This document shows positions 27,101 through 39,100 of a stretch of 64,000 nt of DNA, piece by piece. The number at the start of each line of letters is the position of its first letter. The first letter of the stretch is position 1. The translations under genes were made by a program, and so were the position numbers. This stretch comes from Balanoglossus misakiensis (Eukaryota > Animalia > Hemichordata). The stretch lies in the NCBI GenBank assembly GCA_040954595.2, contig CM082584.2, positions 4,158,110-4,222,109 on the forward strand. The letters run 5' to 3'. The notes below the pieces were generated by a model. The model was not told where the DNA came from. It saw nothing but the letters and a program-made list of their open reading frames with translations, and searched no databases.

Positions 27101-30100
27101 ATAAATGATCGTTCAACAGACCGATACGTTCCTCCACAAAACACCCGCCTTGTTTTTCAAGAGAACAGCCAGTGCATGCAACTTTCTCTTGGAGAAGTAA
27201 TCGACCAATCAGAAGTGACACATGCTGCACGTGTCAGCCAATCAGTTGATCGACAGAGACTACAACAGCAACCTGAGGCAACGACCGAGAAATCTGCGAT
27301 TAAAAGAGAAATGACCGACCAATCCGGGGTGTCAAGTATGTCACGTGTCAGCCAACCAACTGTCAAGAGGAAACAACAAAGACCTATTACTCTGGCCCAG
27401 AAGACTTCTGCTCCTGGAGTTGTTACTGGTAATATGCCAACGGGAACTATGGACGACACCTCTGATAAATATTCTATTTACATTACATATACGTTTGCAG
27501 ATGGAATACAAGGAGTAAGTAGTACAATGAAAATGGTTTGAGATGCACAGAAGGAATGTACTGACCATCGATTTGTTTATCAACATAGTCAAAAGAAAAC
27601 ACTCTTTTCACATTCAAGGTTAGACTTGCTCCAAGTCTATAGGCTTAAATTTCAGCAAAATTTGTTCTGATTTAATATAGCGTGTGTGGAGTGAACGCAT
27701 TAAGTTGTGGCATCGCGATAGTGATGAACAGTAACCGAAACTCAGTACCGAAATTCAACCAAGGCAAACAAACGTGTGAAGGGTAATGAGTAAAACTAAG
27801 AAACGAGGAACACCTGAATTAGTCAAGCGAATAGTGGGCTCAGTCTAATCCAAGGTGAAGATGAAAAACCGCGACTAGACCACAATGCATGCTTTAGTGA
27901 TAAGAATGTATCACCCTAAACAAACAATCTGTTATGAACTGTAACAATGAAAAAAATCACTGGTCTGTACATTTCTTCTGTGCATCTCAAACACCCTTTT
28001 TATCATTGTTGTTGTATATGTTTGAAGTAATGGTTTGGCTAAATGCGTTGCATACCTTGCAGTCCCAGCTTCTCTGTTTAAGTAAATTTTGAACTGTTCC
28101 TGGCTTGTCAATATCAATGTCAATATGGGGTATGATATAGAGGGCTGAAAAGTGGTCATGTTTAGTACCTAAGTCTTGCTGTTTCATTCACACACACGAA
28201 CACTTATCAGCTATTATATCGACTTAGTTAACTTCTTCGCAAATAATTTTTGTTTGTCAAACTTGGTATGCTAACAACAGAGATTCGTGTATCAATACAA
28301 ATTATTCACGCTACATGAATAAGTGTATTGGAAATGTTTCCTTAATGTCATCATAAACCTGAAAGTTTTGACAGAAAAAGACAGCCAGCCCATCTTGACT
28401 TGATGGCCGAAATCTCACAGAAAACGCTACAATCCATGTGTGGCTACACTTCATTGTTAGTGATGTTTTCGACTGTCACATTTTGATGATCAAAATGAAA
28501 GGAAACAGTCACCTCCCAAAATTGCACCTTCATGATTTCACCTTTTGTGGAAGGAATCAGATCATAATTGATATGAATATTTATTCCCCGCAGAATCCAA
28601 TATTTATTCTTAAAAGTTCAGTTAATAAACGCATCAAACACGAATGATAACTCAACGATTGGTGGGGAACTAACCAAAGCCACACGTCTTTCTCACTTTT
28701 CAAAATCTGAAATGTTGACAAGCGCAAGTTGTTTGTTTGAGAGAGAAAAATCTGCCGAAGCGCCCTCAACGGCTGTACGTAAGTGTGTGTCTGCCAAGAG
28801 AGTAACAAACTCCGTGATCAAGGAAACATGGGTTTATATCTTTCAAATTATTCCCTCAGTAAATTTTCCGCCAGATTCCAGTGTGATAAACAATTATTTA
28901 TATTTATTACACCTGATACGACATAAATCAGGACAACGTCATACAATGCTTCACAAGACTTGAATTATTATTTTAATTTTATTATTTTTTTATTTTATCA
29001 ACTCAAAAATAACTAAATACATATAAATTTGTAAATAGTTTTTTTTATAATTAGCCAAATTTTATTGTAGTATGACTAATAAATCATACGTTATTGTTAT
29101 TATTCTTACTAGTTATTTTTCATTTCCAAACCCTACATCTAATCAAGTATTTGTGTGGTTTAGAATGATGTTTTTTGCTTTGAATCCTTTGTCAGAAATA
29201 TTTCGATTTCGTCATATAATTTTGGTAAAATCTGACACCATACTCTACAAATTTAAAGAGTTAAGTACCAAAACTCCCAAGTCACGTGATTTACATGCTG
29301 CTTGTTTTGCAGCCTGAACATCCGAACCCTGGACAGCCATACAGTGGTGGTGAGTTCATAGGATTCATACAGGGCGATGACGAGGGTCGTGAAGTGCTGC
29401 GGCTGTTGAGGATTGCATTTGATCGCCGACTGACTTTCACCATCGATGGGGAATCAAACGAAGTAGTCTGGAATGGCATAACACATGACCAATATGGGTA
29501 AGTTTGATTTCCATTATTGCTATTTCATCACACTAACACCCATTTAATTTCAATTAACCAACAATACGTTACTTTTTTGTGATGTGTATCAGAAATTTAA
29601 AGGGCTCTTCAATCATGTCAGCTCTTGTTTCCCTGTGTGGTTTTGATGGCGAACTGGGAGAAAAAAACATACATTGTAGGTCATTGGAATAGTTATCAAA
29701 ATTAAAACAACACCGTTCCGGTGCCAGGAAAAGAGACACGTAACGTGAAATACATTTCGAGATCTCTATATGGAATGATTTTATGGAAATGCATAGGAAT
29801 CCAGCCCTGAAGGTCTAGGTCTCTGGTAGTGACAAAAGGGTACATACATAGGTTATAGCAAAAAAAAAAAAAAATCAAAGTATTTTGATCAGTTAGCCAA
29901 CAAATCAATAGTACCACAAGTCAAAATAGCAACGGCAAAGAACATACATGTATTGAAGCTCATTGAACATGTTTGAGCTCACCCGCTGATGGTGATAGTA
30001 TCTGTGCAGGTAACCATCTTACTTAATTTTCACATCTTTTGGTTTTATTGAACTACGCCTCTCGCACCTAAGTGTGTTCCTTGTAATGGGTACTAATGAC

Positions 30101-33100
30101 GTCAATAATCAAGTTATCAATTCTTTCAAAATATTAAGGGAATTGAAAATCAAAATCTACATATAGACACATTCTTATGTGACTCTCACTCAGACAGAAA
30201 CGACTTGCGCAGGTACCTATAAAATTATTGAAATGTTGATGAAGGGGATATTGACTGTTTTATTACAAACACATCCATCCGCAAGTAATTGTGTGACTGT
30301 TACAACGTTACACGCCATTGAAACTGGTAGTATAAGTCGAGTGTGCGATGTCGTTTTAAAATACACAGCTATAAGAATGTGTAATTCAACCTGCAATCCA
30401 TTGATTGACACCTATTCAGGTTACCCAAAATGGCTATAAATATTGCAGTGGCATGAAATATTCCAGTATTATAAATCCAAGTTGCGTCCAACCCATCCCT
30501 CAATGAATGTCTTGTATTTTGCATCTGTCCATCGCAATAAATTGATGCAGATAGAGAACACTAGCGCTTCTAACGTGACAATCAAACAAATACCAATTGC
30601 CAGATGGTAAAACTAACATGTATAGTTTTGATTGAAACCATCTGGCTTACGTTCATGGCACACTTTCAGCTCATATCGAAGTCTTGAGAATCATGGGTAT
30701 ATTCTTCAGAATTGTCATACTTCATTCATACTGGGATGGAATTTTGAAATCACTACATGTATTATATGGTTGTCCTTTGCATACTTACCCGAGTTAAATA
30801 TACTATTCCACATTCATCGGGATCATACAAAATAAACATAATATGTCTAGTTTTCAGTCCAAACACAAGACAGAATTGAGGTTTAACAGCTCATTGGACG
30901 TTCTTTGCCTGGGGATGCTCAAGAAATTGTGTTATTACACAAATTATTTGAACTCAATGCCATGAGACATTTGGCAGCTTCATTTGCACAAATATATCAC
31001 TAATTTGCTGCACATCATTTTAGAGTTTATAAACAGAGTTGTAAAATTTTCCAAATGCTAAACGTGTTAGTCAAGAATCTAAGTACAGTTAATGTCATCA
31101 CATACGAACAGGTATATTAGTGCCAAGTGTGGAATATTATTTCCTTCTATATCATGGATTAGGCATTGGTGAGATCCGATTATTAAGTGAGGTGTTATTT
31201 TTATAATGTCACTTTTAGGGTATAACTTGCTTCACAGAAGAGCACAATGCTGTATTTTTGTTATAAAACTTTGTTCTGTACTGTAGTTGTGTATATTTGA
31301 CATCTTCGTTTAATTTAATAATATTTCACTGTTGGCAACCAACAGTGGTTTGGCATCACGGACCATCAAAATTATTATTAGCTGCACAACGCGTATCACA
31401 CACTTGTGGGAGTGAAATCATTTCGTGCACAGTAATGGGAAAACTAATACATGTAATACTACACATTTATATTTCTCCAGGGGTTTGATCAGCTATGATT
31501 GGTCATCTTATGTTTCAAAAGTGAAGAAAGAATTGGCTGCAAAAGGAGTGGTGTAAATGTCAAGACGCCCTCACAACGTGGTTGTAGCCACCACATGGAA
31601 TGCATAATGAGAAAGACCTCAAGTGAATGTCAAGTACTCTGTGACGAATAGTCATTCTCTCTCAAATTATTTGGAGTTTTAGAAATATTTTATTGTATTA
31701 TACAGAATAAGATTTGGTAAAGGAAAGCTAGTGTAGAATAGGATTTTGTCAAGAAAAATGTAGAAGATAAGGATTACTCTGTGTGTAGTCACGGTATATT
31801 TCAAGTACAGAATTATCGCTGATCTGGTTCTGTTCATTTGGGATAATTGCCTAGTAATAAACTCTATAAAACTTTCAGCACAGTACACGTAGCCTACACA
31901 CTCGACATTTGGTCAGAAATACCACATTACCCCAAGTACAACGACTACTAATTGTTTTTTACCCATTGATTTGTAATATAAAAGAAGTTCATTTTTCTTA
32001 TACTTACCACTCAAATCTAATTCTTGCATATATCCAAGTTATTTTATGCAGTGAATGGGGTTTTAACACATTACTACACCGAATATAGATTTGAAAGCCA
32101 TGTCAATTTTTGCACAAATAATTCTGAAGATTTTTAAATTCCATCAACACGAATGATATCAATTTATCACATAATAATACGGTTTCTTGAATATAGTTTA
32201 ACAAGTAATTTTTTTAATCAATTATGTACATAAAATTTGTAACATGGGAAATAAAAGACCAATAAAAACCAATACTCATGGCTTTGTTACATCTGTAAAT
32301 CTAATAAAGCTTTTGTCTCCAAAGTTTTCATCTCAGCCACACATACTTACAAGAGGAAAAACTCAATTGCTCAGTGATTCGTTGTATACTTTTGAAGAAA
32401 TAACAAAAGTTTTAATACATCTCTATTATGCATACACTTTTATTTTTCATCCCCTAATTTCCCAGTCGTACTTTTGCATTTAGTTAACGTTGGATCCTAT
32501 GTATCTTGCAAATAATCTGTTCTGAACCTCTAGGCTAACACGTATCTAACTTTATATCAAGCTAGAAACAGAAGTGATATTCTGTTAAATAAAACAAATG
32601 TATAATAAGGTATGGACGTTGGAGACAGCAATCTATCCCATCATCCCCTTTTTTCCCGTACATGTTTCCAAAACTCTATCCCTATAAAATTTACCATCAC
32701 CGGCGGTCAATAGCCTAGTCTGGTCCTCTGCCCCATTCCCGCCACTGGCTGTGCTATGCTGAAAGACCCAAGGGTCAGGTATGGACTATTGTTAATATGG
32801 CTCTTATTGGTCAATAAATACGAACATTGTGATTGATGGACGAAAGCTATTTCAAACATTACAACCTCGAAGTTTGAGTTTGTTTGCCAATCAAAATATG
32901 CTTTGGTGAAGTTGAATAAGAAACATTCCTTATCAAACTATCGAATAGTCTGGTCCTCTGCCCCATTCCCACCGCTGGCTGCGCTACGCTAAAACGAAAG
33001 GGGTCAGGTACGGTCCGGTCTTGGCCAAAAACCTGGCCAGCATATTAAAATGAAACAAAGACCACGTGATCATAAACAAGATGGATGCCTCCAATGTCCG

Positions 33101-36100
33101 TATGCCAATGAGAGCCATGTTTACAAAAGCCCGTGCCTCAGACCCTTTCCTTTAGCGTAGCGCAGCCAGCGGTGGGAATGGGGCAGGGGACCAGACTAGT
33201 CACATAACAGCTTGTCTGTGTGCGCATTTACACACTCTCGATCCCCCACTCCCAGTGGCCAGGAGTGTGATATAGAAACCACATCCAAAACAACTTAGGT
33301 ACTTTTCTGTTCTTATTTTTTAGGAATAATGAATCAAACAAAATCAGACTTGGGCAAGAAAATGCTAAGGTAAACATGTAGTTACCAATGTGAGAAAAAT
33401 TAGTGAATGGTGAGAAGATTTTTGTATTATCCAAACTTGCAAACATGAATGAACCATGACATTACAAGTTTCCCTAGACAGTTGCAAACAAAATTGTTTG
33501 ACTGAGTGTATTTCTCCTGGCTAGAGCCCAGGGATCTGAACATCGAACATTTACAAGGGGAATGAGGGGTGCTCTTGTCCTAGCACCCACCTTAATATGT
33601 TAAAAAACTGTTGTACAGTAGATTTGCTAAAATAGAACATTTTATTTACTGAGAAGTAAAAGGATTGTGTTATACATACCTGATGTACAAGATGACAAGA
33701 AAATATTAAATGGGAAACCTACTTCTATTTTACTCATTTATTTCAACTGTAAACATCAGCTGGGGCTCTAAATAACAGGATATTGCCTCATAGATTAACC
33801 CTTTCACCACTATGGTCCGGTCCAAATCCATTGTTTTCTATGGGAAGGTTGGACCTCTATAGAGGGAACTGGGGGTGAAAGGGTTAAAGGGACAAAGTCT
33901 CTCTCTCGCTGCCCTTTTTTCCATTAATTATGTTTGATACAAGACACTGTTCATGTTAATGTACATGTGGATATATAGTGAATCAATGATCAACCACACA
34001 AAACTTCCATCCCACTTGTATGATATGAGAGTAAAAACTCGCCCAAAATGAATAAATGGTAAAGAACGATTATTCATTTTGGCGAGTTTTTTCACTCTCC
34101 TGTCTATAAAAGGGATGGAAGTTGTGTGTGGTTGAACGTTCATTCACTGTATATCCACATGTAGAATAACAAACAGTGTCTTGTATCAAATATAATATAT
34201 GGAAAAAAGGGCAGCGAGAGAGAGACTTTGTCCCTTTAATGGAAGTGGGGCCTTTGCCTTCAGGAGCAAGGCCTCTACCAAGAGAAATACAGTAGATTAA
34301 GTTTGTTTGAACCAATATTACAATGGACAAGATAATTGACTGGACAATTTTCAACATATCCTACGGGTAAAGATAGAGTTGGATGAATGACAATATTACA
34401 TACAAACATACATGGAATCCAAAGACCATTTATATCTTCATCAAGTTTTCAAAACCAAGAATCCCTTCCCATTTACTATAATGCTGTGTCCCCAATCATG
34501 AAAAATTGTTTTGATTTGCTCAGGATGTGGTTTTTGAGACCTGTACAGGATATTGATCTCCTGAAGGAAAGACAAGCTGCAATCAGTTTTTTTGTCTCAC
34601 CAAGAAATATTGAAGTATGCTCATCTCTACAAGACGCTCTACGGAATATCAAGAATGTCGCTGTACGTACATTGTGTATCTATCTACTAAGTATATTAAA
34701 GTATTTATAAATTTTGAAAAACAATTTTTCAATTTCATTATTGTTCATACCAATTTTGCAACAAGTAGACATATAAATTGTACTTACTTATAACAAATAT
34801 AACTTGTGAGTAGATGTTATTTTCAAAAATACCATATATCCGCTATTAATTTTAGATAAATTCTCTTTGTGTTTGGATTTTCTTTGATAGTTTGCATTGT
34901 GTGTACACGTGCATTGTATGTGTTAGAGTGAAAGGTCCATCGTCTGAGGGCACTCCCTATGTTAGCGCTCTTGAACGAATTGGATCCTGTGTGTGGAAGA
35001 ACCAAATACATTAGATTTATCAGAAACGTGTAGTACATGTATCTGTAGTATATCGCAAACATATGGATTATGTATTATTGTTCTTTTCTTTATTATTTCT
35101 AGAGAGTGTTGGGTCGGATGAAAACAGCTCAAGCCTCAATTGGTGACTGGCAAGCCTTATACCAGGTAATTTATACCAAGCTTTATATCTACTGGTCAAG
35201 TAAACAGTCTTCCAATAACTAATTCCCCTTGCGTAGTAGTTGTGGTCTTGCATCTTCTATTACTCTTAAAGATGTACTCGCAGAACATAAACCGGAAACA
35301 CTGCACGCCCTGTCTTTTTCCCATAGGATTACATTGATAATCGGTAGAAAACAAACTTCTACTATTGTCATTTTCACGAAATTTTACACATAGCTCAGTC
35401 CAGCAAATATAAATTCATTGGTCAAATAAAATATAGGGGTCACTGCGCTCTTTTTTGAGATAAATTGTGTTAAAAATGTTGGCCATAGACAAACCATTGG
35501 TGAAAAATGCTGAGTCAGCAGTTTTCTTCTATTATCGACTAAATTCATGGCTCTGTATTTCAAAAACAAGCGCGGTGACCCCTATATTTTATTACGGATT
35601 TTCCCTATACATAATATGACAGAACCCCATGGCTCGATCGTGCAAGCACGCCGTAACGGTAGTATTTGCATCGAGTGTCTGGCGGTGTATTCTTGCGCCC
35701 GTCCCCCGCACTCGCTGTCGCTCGTGCGGGGGGCAGCAAGAATACACCGCCAGACACTCGATGCAAATACTACCGGTACGCCGTGCTTGCACGATTGAGC
35801 CATGGGGTTCTGTTTTTATTACATATGTTCATCCCATTTTGAAAAAAAGACTGAAAATGAAAGAAATGAGACCGCGAATGATATTGCTTGTTTCTTGAAC
35901 AGGCCACTCATTTGCATACAGGTATGGCATAATGTTTTTGGTATTGCACTGAGTGCAAATACCGATGTTACGCGCGCGCTCGGTGCAAGTAATCGACGGT
36001 ACATATGTAATAAAAAGGAGAATCCAAAAATCCACAATTAAAAAAAATGACAATACTTTCAATTTTACTGAACGTACATCCTTAACACGTTCTGAACTAA

Positions 36101-39100
36101 TTTCGGAATTCCACAGTCTGAAAATAATACCTTCCCTATTTGAAAACATTCATAATTGATGAAGGAATAATAATTAAAGGTTTATAAATGTGACATTAAA
36201 TTTTTGTTTGTAAGCCTATAATTTGTGCCACATCAATTCTCTCCAAATTTCACAAAGTCACAAGTTAATATTTTCAGAAGACTTAGTAAATAAATCTACA
36301 ATAGGTACGCACTTTAAAGATAACTGAGATCATTGATATGAAAGAGATATCTTGTCTTAAATTATTTATTACGTGTTACTTGTAGACTGCCTACAATGCA
36401 ATATACATTGGTGATATATGCAGAGCTCAGACTGCTGATGTGGCCATCTTTAAGAAGGTAAGGAAACTTTCATAAACAATTTACATTTACTGTTTTGTAT
36501 TGGTTTTAGAAATGTAACAAATGAGTCTGTTAATGTGTAAGAAAAAAGTCGAGACTTTCTAAAATAGTCAGTGTTTGTTAATGTCACCTGTGATTTTTAT
36601 TCCTGTACACCTATTTCTGTGTAATTCCCAAATGGGAGCACAGTGTCCTTGACGCTATGTTTTTCTGGCTGATTGTTTTGAAATTTGGGTTACAGGTAAA
36701 ATATACATATATGTGCAACATTTATTACATTGTAATATCAGAAATTATTTAGCTAGTTTGTAATTTTCTTTATTTATTGTCAAAAAGCACTACATGTATT
36801 GATTCAATGGATGCAAAATGCAAACAATAGATATGCAATGCAGTGGGCCATCTGAAAGTCTTCTTTGCACCTGCACTACAATGATTGAGAGTTGAGAACA
36901 GGTCACAGGCCAAGAATGCACTATTTTGAAGCCCTACGAATTCATTTGTTTCCTGTGATTTTTATATGAAAATGGGTGACTTGTGGTTGGTGAAAACAAC
37001 TTCTATTGGCTAACCTTGCAACCTCCCAGGACAGATATATGCAGAGATCACCCTTGGTACCCTCCCCTATTAAAATATTACACACTGACTGCAATCTGAA
37101 TGAATGGTAAGAAGTGACACCTTGGTTGCATGTAACTCCAGTTTGTGTTTCATTATGACCGGGATGTGGCTGTTTTCTTCATATGCTCTTTTCACTAACA
37201 CATTTATTCCAAACAGAGATGTTCACATAGCTGCATGTCCTGACAATGTGATATTTACAGGCCTAATTGTAATTTTCTCCTTGTTGTTATTTTTTGACAG
37301 ATAAGCAGAACATTCACTGAGGATTTACATTATATTGCCGGCCTGATTATCAAAATTGTAAGACCTGGTTACTTTGTTTTAATGTCCTCCAGACAGACCC
37401 AAAATAGAGACATACTAGATTATCATAAGGCCAAAATAAAAAAATATGTGCTGTTCCGATTACCCGACCTACCCTAATTTTAACCCGCCGACCCTAAACT
37501 TTTTAGCGCTTCATTAACCCAGAAGTAAAAATAATGTCAAATATACAAAATTTATAAAAATTGCGCGAAATATGATGAAATCGCGCGCATCACGCAAGAA
37601 CTATGACATCTATCTTCTACACTAACACTGCCAGTTAAATAAAAAAAATGCAAAATAAAAAAATTTCCTACCTACATACCCTATTTTAAAAAGCAATGTA
37701 ATCGGAACAGCACATATTATTTTTGGGGGGCCTAATATCAATTATAATTTCTGTCCATGTACACTTCTGTATATCTGCAGCCATTGAATAGACATCAGTG
37801 AAAAATACAGGATAAGTACCGGGCAACAGCAATATAGCTTTCAAATATGAAACATGTAATTGAGAATGACTTGATTTAATACATTGATAAATTGGTGATG
37901 ATCTAATGTCTTTACAATGGTAAAATGATCAAAATATATTTTTGTTCATTTATTTAGTTATAATATAGTAAGAGACAGTATACCATATTTTCATGACTGT
38001 CTATGGATGGGAATAATGCAATAAATGCATTTTTCAGTGATGAGAATTTCTGAAGTGAAGTCAAGATGTTATTTAGCTAAATACTTGAAGAGAAAAAAAT
38101 GCACTTGTTATTTCCAGGTGGATTTTGAAGAATCTGCTGTTCTGAACAAGTTTGTTGTGAAACCAAATGTAGACAAGGCTCTGGATGAAAGTGAGTTGAC
38201 AATAGTAGATACTTGTTACTTCTATTAAAGGGACAAAGTCTCTCTCTCGCTGCCCTTTTCCCATTAATTATTTTTGATACAAGACAATGTTTATATTATT
38301 CTACATGTGGATATATAGTGAATCAACATTCGACCACACACAACTTCCATTCCGTTTGTAAGATATGAGAGTAAAAACTCGCCCAAAATGAATAAATGGT
38401 AGAGACCGATTATTCATTTTGGCGACTTTTTTCACTCTCGTGTCTACATGTGGGATGAAAGTTGTGTGTGGTTGAACGTTTATTCGCAATATATCCACAA
38501 TGTAGAATAAAATAATCAGTGTCTTGTATCAAACAAAATTAATGGAAAAAGCGTGAGAGAGACTTTGTCTCTTTAATAATAAATATTACACACACTCTCT
38601 ATCACATGCATATGATTATATTGTATGATAAAACGCCATAGGTTATGCCAGTAGGTGTATAATAATATTTATTTGTAATGACTGTATTCCAGAGAAAGAA
38701 ACGTACAATGGATTGCCAGATTTTATGACCAAGATTGCCAGAGAGGAGTTGAAGAAACTTGGTGATGACATCAAGGAATGCAATGTGGTGTATTTACCTC
38801 AGCTGGGTTATCTACTGGCTATTCCAAGATCTTCAATTATGTCAGAGAAGCAAGACTTTCAAATGCCATCGCTTGAGTTTGTGGTGAGTCAACTTTGAGG
38901 GTCTTGGTCCTACCACAGTACAGGACATTGATAACATTATTATTTGTTGTTTTTGCTATTTAAAGGTATACGGTCACCTACAGAAATTTAGCTATAGTTA
39001 CCATGGTAAACTTGAGATCTAGCCAATCACGGATTTTTAGTTCGTGGCACACGCGAAAAAAAGAGCGCCACCATATGTTCTTTAGAACATTCAAATATGC

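Noticed and set aside
27515-27541. C-terminus VSSTMKMV* of the 479-aa ORF as the real TRIM end
   Set aside because: A consensus donor GGA|GTAAGT at 27514 and an in-frame DTC continuation at 29313 show this is intron read-through.
26185-27592. Minus-strand ORFs over the TRIM exon (also 62894-63749)
   Set aside because: Antisense shadows of a coding exon with no recognisable motifs.
23749-34523. Idea that the TRIM insertion disrupted MSH5 (phase mismatch between exons 7 and 9)
   Set aside because: The 46-nt exon 8 was found at 33324-33369 (and 2504-2549), restoring the frame.
35547-36159. Cluster of overlapping ORFs on both strands (similarly 11938-12396, 47007-47668, 50103-50914)
   Set aside because: By-products of GC-richer palindromic MITEs; no transposase motifs seen.
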